Shown here: positions 1 through 13,977 of the stretch, one piece after another | Position numbering within the stretch: position 1 is the first letter of the stretch | Layout: every line of letters begins with the position of its first letter | Source of the DNA: Macrostomum lignano | Lineage: Eukaryota | Direction of reading: 5' to 3' | NCBI GenBank assembly: GCA_002269645.1 | Contig: NIVC01003585.1 | Span: 25,485 to 89,484, forward strand | DNA length: 64,000 bases | The notes under the pieces: generated by a model | What the model saw: the letters and a program-made list of their open reading frames with translations, nothing else | Database searches by the model: none | Told to the model about the DNA's origin: nothing | Made by a program: the position numbers and the translations under genes

Positions 1-699
1 TGTTAAAACAAATGTTTAATTTTATACAAAAATGCTTTTAATACTTTAAAAAACTAAGTGATAAGGCTAAAAAGTAACTTTATACAGCTGCATTAGTAAA
101 TAATAGTTTTAGTTAGAAAATCCGTATTGCTAATTTGCGTGTATTGTAACTAGTGTTGATTTTTTATGCTTCAATGATCGAACTGAGGCCATGACTACTT
201 AAGGAATACTCATTTAGAACTAATACTTTTCGTTCCTAAGTAGGCACATGATCCGGAAGTTTTTTAAGTGTACGCATCATGCAATTACTTATCATCATTT
301 GATTGATGTATAGGCAAAACAGTCGAAGTACATGTACTTGCTGGGGTCTGCATGAATCTACAAAGGATTTGAAAGGGTTATTACTAATTCTTCTGATAGT
401 AGCTATTTTGTACATCAAAATCCGTCTTAAATCATTTTGATTCATTTTTAATCCGGATGATTAAATGAAACGATTTAAAATTAAAGTGTCTTTAGAATTT
501 TAACATTTTAAAATTATTTGAGAAGCAAGGAAATTTTCTGCATTAAAAAGTAACCTTTAAGGCAAAATGTTGACAAGACTAACTTTTGTTTGAAAATTAA
601 ATAATTTAACATTACATCTAGAGCAATCTATGCAGCTATTTACCCTACGAATAGTCACAATTAGTCTTACTCAGTTGCAAAAGATATGTTCATCACAAC

Positions 700-1056
700 C
701 AGGGGCGTCGCCATGGATTTTATGATGGAGGGACAAAGCCAAGACTTTTACATGTAAATGTACATGACTAAAGTCCTAAATGTACATTATTTTCAGAATC
801 GGTGTTGTCAGCGCTCATTTTAGCGCTACAGACACTTATTTTTGACGCCGCAGGCACTCATTTTAGCGCCGCAGGCACGATCATTCTGGCGCTGCAGGCG
901 CTATTTTTTGTCGCCCTGCAGCAAAATTATTGATTTTCATAACGCGTCACAAGGTGGGGTGGGGCACAAGGAGGGTATGTCCCCCCATATCTTTTACTTT
1001 TTACTGGGGGAGGGGGGACACGCCCCCCTTTGTCCCCCCCGGTGGCGACGCCTCTG
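700..1056. mobile_element. hAT-type non-autonomous DNA transposon (MITE), 357 bp
   Basis: 14-bp TIRs CAGGGGCGTCGCCA (700-713) and TGGCGACGCCTCTG (1043-1056), one mismatch. Perfect 8-bp TSD ATCACAAC at 692-699 and 1057-1064. An 8-bp TSD with CAG termini is typical of hAT elements. Confidence 0.85.
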
Positions 1057-1925
1057 ATCACAACGTATTAAAATTTAAATGGTCGACGGCCCAGAATCAT
1101 TTGATGTCAGAACGTCAAAATCACCTGTACGCTCGTGCATGCAGTACATAAGGAGAATCTCTGTGCACTACATGTACATGTAATGTGCAAATTAATAAGA
1201 ATGTACTATTTTAAGTAGCGATCGAGCTGCATGTAGAACCATAAATTCTTCTTCTTCTTCTTCAAAGAAGCTAATACTATGAGGAGTTTCTGCAGCAGTT
1301 GATTGACGCAGAATTGTACAATTCAAGCATTCCAAATGATTCGGGAACTGACGCAGAAGAGCTGACCATGTACTTGTGGTAAATATTGATGAACTTCTCC
1401 AGCCATCATTCTGTGTTCCGAAACGTTACTTACTGAATCCATTCATTTATTTTGCGTTTCATTCCTTTTGCTGTCGCAATGAAATATACGGAGACAAAAA
1501 GTTTTTACCTATTTTACCCATATGCTTAAATAAGTCGTCAGCAGATTAACTTTGATTAGAGCCAGTGACGGCGGACGAATGTAGAGCGCTTCAACCCAGG
1601 CAGCCTACGCACTCTGGAAAACTAAGTGCATTCATGCTCCACTGTACAGGTCGCGAGGTGCAGTTCAGCCAAAGAATGAAACGCTTTAAAAAGAGCCAGA
1701 AAGAAAAGCTTGCATAGAGAAGAGTTCTACCCAGTCCATGCGGCTCAATGAACATTTCCCAGCCTCATTCAGGTCAGCTCTGCTCAACTTGCAGTGTACG
1801 CTCGCTCAGCCCATTGTTACTATGACTACTGTCGCTTCAAGCCAAGCTTTTTTAAACGGTACCTCAGCATTCATCTTAGCTGCAATCACTCGTATAGTTT
1901 AAAACGAAGAAAACGAGTTGCAATC

Positions 1926-3589
<1,664 letters not shown>

Positions 3590-3918
3590 AAAGTCCTGAC
3601 TCAGCCTATACTACTCATTATTGCTATTGATCAACAAGTGTCGAACTTATAATAGTACATGAACCAAAACAATTGCGAATTATTTGTTTAAAGTTTTCTA
3701 TGTTAATTATGCCAGCTAATCGCAGTAATTTCTCTAATTCTAAAATTTAAGATTTCTCGCCACCTACTATTGCTGTTTATTCATAAAGCAGTCACCGCCA
3801 TTAGTGAGTTTTTCTTTGCGTCATTTTTAAATCAATTTCGATAGTAAATACTGAAATTTCTAACAGGGTCGCAGTCGTTTCCTAACTGGTATACGGGCCG
3901 TTAATGTATGACAGCTAG

Positions 3919-4218
3919 GCTGTCACTGTCTAACAGCAATGCTGTCACTGTCTAACAGCAATGCTGTCACTGTCTAACAGCAATGCTGTCACTGTCTAAC
4001 AGCAATTCTGACACCGTCTAACAGCAATGCTGTCACTGTCTAACAGCAATGCTGTCACTGTCTAACAGCAATTCTGACACCGTCTAACAGCTAGGCTGTC
4101 GCTGTCTAACAGCAATGCTGTCACTGTCTAACAGCAATGCTGTCACTGTCTAACAGCAATGCTGTCCCTGTCTAACAGCAATGCTGTCCCTGTCTAACAG
4201 CAATGCTGTCACTGTCTG
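3919..4218. repeat. 22-bp minisatellite (GCTGTCACTGTCTAACAGCAAT)
   Basis: About 13 tandem copies. Confidence 0.95.
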
Positions 4219-4220
4219 AC

Positions 4221-6660
4221 CTGTGTCCCGTAGTATTCCTCATTCTTAGGCTCTTTGTCTGGCAAGTTCAGACTGGGGCTCCTGCAAATTAGGTCATTCT
4301 GATCGCGACTGAGCATTTGGACATCAAAAGAATTAACTTCGTCTCAAAGAATTTATGCGATGAATCGGAAAACTGGTTTTTTATTACCTAATTAACTAGG
4401 ACTATTTTGCTTGCTCAGGTCCAGGTGAAGTACCGATTTTCAACGAGCAATGAGGATTCCATGCTAATTAGTGCGACTGGGGTAAATAAAAAATTAGCCA
4501 ATTAACTTGTAGCGGAATCCGATAAAAGAGGCTGTTTTTGCGATTCCACATCTAATCATTAGCAGAAGATGTACTTTTGGTAAGGGCAGATCAAAAAGGT
4601 GGTGAATACACTCGGACAGAGTAGCTGACACTTTCGGACAGGGTAGCTGACACCCTCGGACAGGATAGCGGACATTCTCAGACAGAGTAGCTGATATTCT
4701 CGGACAGGGTAGCTGACACTCTCGGACAGGGTAGCTGACATTCTCGGACAGGGTGGCGGACACTCTCGGACAGGGTAGCTGACATTCTCGGACAGGGTAG
4801 CTGACATTCTCCTACAGGGTGGCGGACACTCTCGGACAGGGTAGCTGACATTCTCGGACAGGGTAGCTGACACCCTCGGACAGGATAGCGGACATTCTCA
4901 GACAGAGTAGCTGATATTCTCGGACAGGGTAGCTGACACTCTCGGACAGGGTAGCTGATATTCTCGGACAGGGTGGCGGACACTCTCGGACAGGGTAGCT
5001 GACATTCTCGGACAGGGTAGCTGACATTCTCCTACAGGGTGGCGGACACTCTCGGACAGGGTAGCTGACACTCTCGGACAGGGTAGCTGACATTCTCGGA
5101 CAGGGTAGCTGACATTCTCGGACAGGGTGGCGGACACTCTCGACCAGAGTAGCGGACATCACAGCTGAAACAACCCCCAAAGTCGCCAGAGTTGAGCTCC
5201 TGAGCAACTCACCAGCCTGCCATGCTGACTTGGCAAGGCAAGTTGAAAATGTTTTCCAAGTCTGGCCTTGGCCCAGTGTTGGCCAAGCTGACCGATGGCC
5301 ACAGGCCGAATCCATATTTGATCTGTCCGTACACAGTTATACGGTTCGTTACTTAGTATAATATTTGACTTTGAATCGGCGCGTCTGACTGCGCAAATAT
5401 CACTGTGAAAGTTTATCCATATCCAATAATTTACCACACCTGTGTGTTTTGCTAGCAACCCAAAGCCCCCTATGCAGTCATTCCTCACATCCGTCAGTGA
5501 ACCACTCTGACTTTACTTTTATTAATTACTCGTATCTTAAATTGACCGCATTTTTTATCTTTAGGCAATTAAATGATTAAATCTGATTAATTTCCTAGTA
5601 AAGATCCTAAAAATCTTGGACGCTTTGCGTCATGGACAACAGAAGCCGACATGCTTGCAGAATGCCGTATTTGACCACTCGGACCATTCACGTGAAAGTA
5701 CGGCGTTCTGCGCTTCTTGTGATGCTGGTGCTTGTCTAGAGCTAGGACCAAAAATTTAGCTTTAGGCGATCCAGTTATATTATTCATCCATGGCTCAGAC
5801 CCTACTCAGACAATGCACAGACCCTGCCAAGACCCTGCTCGACCCTGCTCAGACTCTGCTCAGACCCTGCTCAGACCCTGCTCAGACCCTGCCAAGACCC
5901 TGTTCGACCCTGCTCAGACCCTGCTCAGACCCTGCTCAGACTCTGCTCAGACCCTGCTCAGACCCTGCTCAGACCCTGCTCAGACCCTGCTCAGACTCTG
6001 CTCAGACCCTGCTCAGACCCTGCTCAGACCCTGCTCAGACCCTGCTCAGACCCTGCTCAGACCCTGCTCAGACCCTGCTCAGACCCTGCTCAGACCCTGC
6101 TCAGACCCTGCTCAGACCCTGCTCAGACCCTGCTCAGACCCTGCTCAGACCCTGCTCAGACCCTGCTCAGACCCTGCTCAGACCCTGCTCAGACCCTGCT
6201 CAGACCCTGCTCAGACCCTGCTCAGACCCTGCTCAGACCCTGCTCAGACCCTGCTCAGACCCTGCTCAGACCCTGCCCAGACTCTGCACAGGGCCCTACC
6301 AAGATCCTGTCTTGACCCTGCACAGACCCTGCGCAGGACCCTGCTAAGTCAGAGTTTAGTTTTACTAGATGGTGTTTGTGAGCGTAACAAAAAGGCAGAG
6401 AAATAAAAGATATGCTTGCATAAACAGTAATTTTCTGTGACTGAACGAACGAATCTCCATACGCGCAAAATTTCCAATCCGGATATGGAGATGCCGGGCA
6501 TTTTTTTATGACGCAGATCAGTTTTTTTCACGCTGAGCTTCTCGTCATTACATGAAGCCACCCCGAAGCTTCCCAGTTTGGGATATTTTTGGAAATAAAT
6601 ATTCGCTGTGCTTGAATAATATTCGTCAACTGGATGGGTGAAGCTTTTATGCAAATCTTT
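4221..6660 (-). CDS. Putative spliced gene of unknown function (partial model)
   Basis: Phase-compatible GT-AG exons on the minus strand: 6660-6463 (KDLHKSF to GLEILR), 6414-6366, 5741-5692, 5322-5213 (IKYGFGLWPSV to VSMAG) and 4281-4221 (SPSLNLPDKEPKNEEYYGTQ). The candidate introns contain the local minisatellites. No family was recognised and the model may be overfitted. Confidence 0.35.
4612..5160. repeat. 22-bp minisatellite (CTCGGACAGGGTAGCTGACATT)
   Basis: About 25 tandem copies with internal block duplications. Confidence 0.95.
5792..6345. repeat. 11-bp minisatellite (CAGACCCTGCT)
   Basis: About 50 tandem copies. Confidence 0.97.
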
Positions 6661-7199
6661 CTGCACTGCGGCTGTCTGTGGAACAGCAGAAGCAGAAGGA
6701 CGCTGGCACCCGCAACTCGTGCAACTTTTGCTGGAGGCCGTCTGAACTTCAGAATTGCAAAATGAAGCAGCAAAGCACACAGGTTTTAAGCACAGGTATT
6801 TGTTCGAAAAAGCTAATGAACACCAGCAAGCAGGCAAAGTTAAGGAGAAAGTTCAATTGCTCCTATCTGTTTAGGGTATTTTAGGCGGATTTTTCTCGAT
6901 CTACTTCGTCTATGGCAAAACTTCATTCTGAGCAACGCTAAAATCTTTTTTTTGCGAAATCTACTTCTTAACAGTAAGAACTACCAAGAGGGGGGGGGGA
7001 AATTCCCCCCCCTGACAATTTTTTTCGCTGTGCCGGAACGGAGCAACGCAGGCACACGAAATTCAAGAACACGGGCTAACTTTTTGTTGCGCACCTTCTC
7101 AAACAAGAATCAAGTCGCCAGCCCTCCGGACCGTCGAGATATTCGACGATTCTGCCAGAAGGTCGGATTTTTCCCATAAGTGCTAGTGTATTCAGTACA

Positions 7200-7659
7200 C
7201 CCCTGTGCGTCAATTAGCACTGCGCCTCAGTGCAGCCTTGCCAAGTCTCCAAATTTCATCAGCACGTCGACCACATGTGTCTGCGTCAGCTGTGACTTCG
7301 TTGGTCACTAGCCTTCACCCAAGTGGAGCTTCTGGACCCTCAACAGCTGTGGCACCAGGTGACTATGGACACCCTGATGCGGATTTCTCTAGTTTCGCCG
7401 ATCAAGCCTCGACAGTGGGCAAGAATCAACCGCCAGACATTCTCAGCTAGTCTCTCAAGCATTCCTTTCTCGTCTCTTTCCATAGATTGAACAACTTCAT
7501 TGCCCATTTTTCTTTCGCTCCGGTAGTGGCAGGCAAACTTTCGTCGATTCTTTTTTTAGAGCAGCTTCGTCCAGGGACTCAGCAGAAACTCGAATTGTCG
7601 ACTCAACTCCGAAAGCAGCAAAAAAAGCGTCAAAAATTGAAGTCTTTTAAGCCTTCCAT
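7200..7659 (-). pseudogene. Decayed Crypton/DUF3504 (tyrosine-recombinase-derived) coding fragment
   Basis: After correcting two homopolymer indels, the minus strand reads MEGLKDFNFDAFFAAFGVESTIRVSAESLDEAALKKRIDESLPATTGAKEKWAMKLFNLWKETR. The spacing P-x2-T-x5-WA-x3-F-x2-W-x3-R matches the recalled N-terminal motif of Crypton/DUF3504 (KCTD1/ZMYM-like) proteins. Downstream sequence carries stops and frameshifts. Confidence 0.55.
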
Positions 7660-7853
7660 ATTGTATTATTGATTCTAGTTCGAAGAAAAAGCGACTTTTA
7701 CGTTTTGCCACCACTGACTGACTGCTGCTTCGTGACTGTATCTTCGTGAGAAATTTATTTTTTGTCTATGGTCGAAATCAAATGGTCTAAGCCTATATGT
7801 CTATCAATCAGATGGGATGCCCCCGAAAAATAAGCAATCGAATTTCATATATG

Positions 7854-8276
7854 ATAAACGCCGTTTAATTCATCAGAGTCCATGGTTAGAATGTCCTCGG
7901 CTGCAATCAATGGTCCTCGGACATTCTAACCATTGAATGTGAATTAAACGGCGTTTATTATAGCATTTCCCGGTCAATTTGGTCCTAGAATCACTCAATT
8001 TAATCCTGGGGGCACTAATTTCGCATATTTCCTTCCCTGATTTCCTTCTCCGTCAGCAGTGACAAAGCTGGCGCTTCTTTCCGAGTCACTCATTCTTGCT
8101 TATTAACGGCTTTTAAAATAAATACGCAAAATAAGTGCCCCCAGGATTAAATTGAGTGGAACGAAACAGCATATTTGGCCATAGACATATCTCTAGTGAC
8201 GGCGGAATGAATTGGAATTCTCTATTGCGGATTAAATTGAGTGATTCTAGGACCAAATTGACCGGGAAACGCTATA
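7854..8276. mobile_element. Two abutting inverted-repeat units (palindromic MITE-like)
   Basis: Unit 1 has a 19-bp perfect IR (7854-7872 / 7940-7958) and a 15-bp inner IR (7882-7896 / 7919-7933). Unit 2 has a 48-bp IR (7959-8006 / 8229-8276, one mismatch) plus an internal partial inverted copy near 8134-8158. Confidence 0.7.
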
Positions 8277-8317
8277 ATTACTTAAAACTCTTTTTGTGAA
8301 TGACGTGTAACCTCAGC

Positions 8318-8912
<595 letters not shown>

Positions 8913-9474
8913 CCATCAAACGGCAGCAGCATTAGCATATCAATCAGCAGAACTAATCATGGCCAATCGCATTGTGCTTCCTGTGCCCAGCCATCGCATT
9001 CGCGAGCGCATGCGACAATAGAAATCTTCTCATATACACCATACACAGTCAATGCCCGGCCGTAACAATGGGCCCTGCAGCTTAGATTTGGAGTGCGGTG
9101 GGAGGGCGGCCATGCTGACTCCGACCGCGGCGGGTGACTGACAATGCGACTGACAATGTTGACCCACCCCCTTCCGCTCTGGCAGCTCGCGCCCGCAGTG
9201 CTGTGCTGGCGGCCACCGCGTGCATGGCCAGCTGACTCATACCGGCCCAGCAATCATAGTGAAATATCAACTGGGGTTGCGGCTTGAATAACCGCTGTGT
9301 GCCCGTGCTGCCAACGGGCCTGCATTCACAGTGTAGGACAGACAGTGGCTACTGTGACATGTAGCCGCCGTAGTGCAAACTCTTTAACTTTAAATTCTTA
9401 TGCTCGTAGCAACAAAACTTGATCTGAGTCTGTAGCAATGCTTTCTGGTGAGTAAATTATCAGGTAAGAATAAC

Positions 9475-9700
9475 AGTGATTTATAGTTACCAGTTATAAC
9501 AGTGACCTATAGATTTCAGTCATAACAGTGACCTATAGATGCCAGTCATAACAGTGACCTATAGATGCCAATCATAACAGTGACCTATAGATGCCAATCA
9601 TAACAAGTGACCTATAAATGCCAATCATAACAGTGACCTATAGATGCCAGTCATAACAGTGACCTATAGATGCCAATCATAAAAGGAACCCATAGATGAC
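9475..9700. repeat. 26-bp minisatellite (CATAACAGTGACCTATAGATGCCAGT)
   Basis: About 8 copies. Confidence 0.9.
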
Positions 9701-9769
9701 AATGACCTAGCTCATAGATGGCAACCAAAGGAGTGCCCTACGAGTAGATGACTGAATTTCCAGTACAAC

Positions 9770-10345
9770 GTCTTGACTCACTTGACTCAGCTGTGGGGGT
9801 CTCCGGGCACCCGGATGCAGCGGGGAGGTGTCGCCGCCCCTTCCGCTAAGCCCTGGCGACCACGGGCAGCTGGTGCTGCGGTGTCGCGCAGGGAGATCCG
9901 GCGGTGCCGGTGTCCGCAGCGCGGTCCCCCTCCGGAGAGTCCAGGAGGTGGATGGTCGCTCGCCCGGTAGCCCTCAAGTAGCGGACGAGCTGGCAAAGAT
10001 TTTGAAAAAAATCGGAGAAGTCCGGGTTTGGGCCGAGGTAGGTGAGCCTGTCCTGAGTAAAGGCAGATGAAGTGCTCCGCATTCTCGACACTCTGGCAGG
10101 AATGCAGAAAGGGCATTCCTCCCAGCGGATTTTTACCTGCCTGGAGGTAGCTAGAGGGCCATGGTCACCGCCCAGATGTCCCTGCGGTTGAGTCCAAGCA
10201 GGGCCCTGCGGAGGGCGGGGGAGGACAGGGGACAGCTGCCGCGGGATTGCCGGCAGTCGGGGGCGTTAGCCCACCTCTCCCTGTGCTTTGAAGCCACCCA
10301 CTGGTTGATCCAAGTCGTGAAACAGTCCGTCTGCCAAAGGCGGTT
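9770..10345 (-). mobile_element. 5'-truncated, decayed non-LTR retrotransposon (I/LOA/R1-like ORF2 C-terminus)
   Basis: Across frameshifts and stops the minus strand reads [39 protein letters not shown] and AFTQDRLTYLG..LVRYLRATGR. This is the CCHC zinc knuckle and terminal motif of I/LOA-clade ORF2. It ends in a short tandem tail (TGAGTCAAG x2). Confidence 0.72.
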
Positions 10346-10830
10346 TTAACACACATTTTAGGGATCGAACTAAATGAGATCAAATACTTTAATGGCAAGA
10401 GAGAAGCTACTCAAACTCAGGGCTTTGATTTAGCAATATGATTTTCTCCATCGCTTCATTCTCACACTCTGCGACAAACCCCTAGGTAGATGGAGCAGCT
10501 TTCTTTCAGACTCGATATCTTGTTTCTAAAAATAGCCTTTTCCAGACCGTTTCAATCGTGAAATTGGCGACTTTTTCCCACCTTCAGAAAGAGAAAACTA
10601 GCTCGTAATTACTGCGCGAAGTCTGCGAGCCCCTGCGGCGATCATCAGTTGATTAACAAGCGGCAAAGCAAATGAGGCCCGGGGGAGCCGCCCAGCCAAT
10701 GGGATATCCGCATCCGCAAGGGTAGAAAAGGCGCTCGGCAATGAGGATTTCTATCCTCAGAGCGCTCGTCTCTGATCCTTCGTATCCTGGATCCTGTTCC
10801 CAATCCACCGCCAGGGCTGAACTCGACAGC

Positions 10831-12150
10831 ATGTCGCTGCTGAACAGCTCCGTGGAAACCGTCGGCAACAGGACGGACATGCAGCTCGAAGAGGAGTTCG
10901 GCATGCGGATGCTCAGCGGTCTGACCAGGTACTTCCTCATCTGGTACCTGCCGCTGATCCTCACCATCGGCACATTCGGCGCCGTGTTCTGCATGCTGTT
11001 CATCTTCATGTCGCGGATGTTCCCGAAGATCATCCAAGTCTGGCTGGTGAGCATCTGCTTCGGCGACTTCATGATCCTCATCTGGGACGTGCTGCGCCTG
11101 TTCCTGAAGCTGGCCTTCGGCTACGACTACATCGACCAGGGCGTCGTCATCTGCAAGCTGCAGTCCTACTTCAGCAGCTTCTTCTTCCACTGGAGCGCCT
11201 ACAACCAGGCTGCCATGTCCATCCAGCGTCTGGTCTTCATCGCCTCCCCGCTGCGCTCCAGAACCATCCTCAACACCAAGCGGGTGATGACCACGTGGGC
11301 CACCATGACCTTCCTGCTGCTGTTCCCCAACATCACCTACCTCATCTACTGGCACATCGGCAGGAAGTCCGACTGCGAGCCAGTTGACAAGTGGTTCTAC
11401 TACGTGACCACGCTGGTGCACCTGATCGCCTGGGGCATCATCCCGCTGGCCTCCATGGTGGTATCCACCGGCTGCATCTCCTACCGGCTGATTCGCTACC
11501 GCCGGGGCAACTTCAAAGCCGCCAAGACCAAAGACGGCCGCGGCAGCGACGTAGGTGGCGGCGTCCCGCAGCCAGCGGTGATCGGCGGCCGGCGGCACGG
11601 CTCCGACCAGAACGCGCACGTGACCCGCCTGCTGGTGTCCATGAACCTGTTCTACCTGTTCACCACCTTCCCGCTGCTCATCTACATGATGTACTTGAAC
11701 TTTGTGAAGGACAACCAGGTCGGCAAGAGCATCGCCAAGAGTCTGCACAAGTTCTATTATTACCTGTTCCGCTCCATCTGCTTCCTGAACGCCTCGCTCA
11801 ACTGGGTGTTTTACTGCGCCGCAGGCAAGGTCTTCCGACAGAAGGCGATGCAGATTCTGTACAGAATCTTCTGCCGGGAGAAGAGCCAGTACAGAGGAGG
11901 CGGCCGGTTCACCACAACATACACGCAGGCCGCCCAGCGTCACGGCCAGCGCTCCACCAGCGCCACGCCGGTCGCCTTCCAGCAAACGCGCCGCGCAGAC
12001 ACTCTGGCTGGCAGCTCCGAGCTCGTTGAAGACGCAGAGCCCGCGCCGCCCGATGTCGGCATGATCAAAGGCCGAAAGCGGCTGCACGTGGCGGCGCTGG
12101 CGGCGGCCAAGCGTTCGGAAGCTGACGGCGTGGACGAAGCTGAGTTGTGA
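10831..12150 (+). CDS. Intronless class A (rhodopsin-like) GPCR, peptide-receptor-like, 439 aa (in-frame upstream ATG at 10741)
   Basis: Seven hydrophobic segments, N-terminal NSS/NRT sequons, TM1 IGTFG, TM2 ICFGD, TM3 Cys, MSIQRL in place of DRY, FP in TM4, FP in TM6, TM7 NASLNWVFYC and helix 8 GKVFRQ. Strong GC3 bias. Confidence 0.92.
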   Translation: MSLLNSSVETVGNRTDMQLEEEFGMRMLSGLTRYFLIWYLPLILTIGTFGAVFCMLFIFMSRMFPKIIQVWLVSICFGDFMILIWDVLRLFLKLAFGYDYIDQGVVICKLQSYFSSFFFHWSAYNQAAMSIQRLVFIASPLRSRTILNTKRVMTTWATMTFLLLFPNITYLIYWHIGRKSDCEPVDKWFYYVTTLVHLIAWGIIPLASMVVSTGCISYRLIRYRRGNFKAAKTKDGRGSDVGGGVPQPAVIGGRRHGSDQNAHVTRLLVSMNLFYLFTTFPLLIYMMYLNFVKDNQVGKSIAKSLHKFYYYLFRSICFLNASLNWVFYCAAGKVFRQKAMQILYRIFCREKSQYRGGGRFTTTYTQAAQRHGQRSTSATPVAFQQTRRADTLAGSSELVEDAEPAPPDVGMIKGRKRLHVAALAAAKRSEADGVDEAEL

Positions 12151-12199
12151 AATTAGAGATTTTTAACACCGACTCACTGCTTGCTTTTTAACTGAGTTT

Positions 12200-12580
12200 G
12201 CCTCTCCCTGCCTTTGTCCCTGCCTCTCTCTACTTGTCTCCTTTCTCTTGTCTCCCTCTCTCCTTGTCTCCCTGTCTCCTTGTCTCCCTCTCTCCTTGTC
12301 TCCCTCTCTCCTTGTCCCCCTCTCTCCTTGTCTCCCTCTCTCCTTGTCTCTTTTCTCTCCTTGTCTCCTTCTCTCCTTGTCTCCCTCTCTCCTTGTCTCC
12401 CTCTCTCCTTGTCTCCCTCTCTCCTTGTCTCCCTCTCTCCTTGTCTCCCTCTCTCCTTGTCTCCCTCTCTCCTTGTCTCCCTCTCTCCTTGTCTCCCTCT
12501 CTCCTTGTCTCCCTCTCTCCTTGTCTCCCTCTCTCCTTGTCTCCCTCTCTCCTTGTCTCCCTCTCTCCTTGTCTCCCTTT
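12200..12580. repeat. 16-bp pyrimidine minisatellite (CCTTGTCTCCCTCTCT)
   Basis: About 22 copies starting about 50 bp after the GPCR stop codon. Confidence 0.95.
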
Positions 12581-12946
12581 ACCTCTGTACCTCTCTACTA
12601 CTCTACGTCTCCACCCTCTACCCCCCTATCTCTCTCCCTTTCTCTGTCTCCCTCTCTCCCTCTTTCCTTCTCTAACTTTCTTCCTATGTCTCTTACAATT
12701 ATCCCTAAGTACACTGTATAATATTTCATCTAGAAATTTCTTCGCGTCTTAAGAAGATTCTTTCTGATTTTAACAGCTTGTTTGTTTACTGTCTGGTCCT
12801 CGGCACAATGTTGAAGTTTGAGTCCCGGTTTCGCTTAGAAGAAAAAATTTGTTTTATAATCTCCCTGACCGGATGCAAAATCAGTTATATCTTTATATTT
12901 ATATATATGGCAAGATTTTGTTGCAAAAATTACTAAACCAGGATAC

Positions 12947-13056
12947 CAGGGGCGTCGCCATGGATTCTAAGTTGTGAGGAAAAAGCTAAAAGTTCTGCAT
13001 GACTAATTTTCTGTGTTGATAGCAGGCACTCATTCGCCCTGGTAGCGACGCCCCTG
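12947..13056. mobile_element. Internally deleted 110-bp copy of the hAT-type MITE at 700-1056
   Basis: TIRs CAGGGGCGTCGCCA / TAGCGACGCCCCTG. TSD CAGGATAC (12939-12946) versus CAGGATAT (13057-13064), 7 of 8 matching. Shares the internal words CATGACTA and GCAGGCACTCATT with the longer copy. Confidence 0.82.
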
Positions 13057-13319
13057 CAGGATATTGCTAAACTATTTCAACTAATTATCGTCGTTAAGTT
13101 ATTATTTGGACGCAAATATTACTGTATAACATTGACTGTTGTCACAATATACATTGTCGCCGTACTACATTACTTTTATAATATAGTATTCTGTATATTT
13201 TAATATGATGAAGCTCGAATGTGTTGTGCGCTTCTTGATACCTTTTTTAGTAAATAAAAACTTTTTTGTCAAAGTTGCGATTCGTTTGGAAAAAAAATTT
13301 GAGTGACAAAATATCCCCT

Positions 13320-13977
13320 CTAGACATTGACTAGATCATGCTGTAATCAGTCTCTAGACATTGCCTAGATCATACTGTAATCAGTCTCTAGACATTGACT
13401 AGATCATGCTGTAATCAGTCTCTAGACATTGACTAGATCATGCTGTAATCAGTCTCTAGACATTGACTAGATCATGCTGTAATCAGTCTCTAGACATTGA
13501 CTAGATCATGCTGTAATCAGTCTCTAGACATTGACTAGATCATGCTGTAATCAGTCTCTAGCCATTGACTAGATCATGCTGTAATCAGTCTCTAGATATT
13601 AACTAGATCATGCTATAATCAGTCTCTAGACATTGACTAGATCATGCTATAATCAGTCTCTAGACATTGACTAGATCATGCTGTAATCAGTCTCTAGATA
13701 TTAACTAGATCATGCTGTAATCAGTCTCTAGATATTAACTAGATCATGCTGTAATCAGTCTCTAGACATTGACTAGATCATGCTGTAATCAGTCTCTAGA
13801 CATTGACTAGATCATACTGTAATCAGTCTCTAGACATTGACTAGATCATGCTGTAATCAGTCTCTAGACATTGACTAGATCATGCTGTAATCAGTCTCTA
13901 GACATTGACTAGATCATGCTGTAATCAGTCTCTAGACATTGACTAGATCATGCTGTAATCAGTCTCTAGACATTGCC
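13320..13977. repeat. 34-bp minisatellite (TAGACATTGACTAGATCATGCTGTAATCAGTCTC)
   Basis: About 19 copies. Confidence 0.97.

Noticed and set aside
10645-12087. 480-aa antisense ORF over the GPCR, and similar antisense ORFs at 41082-41744 and 46606-47628
   Set aside because: This is the expected shadow of strong GC3 codon bias on the sense gene. No domain features are present.
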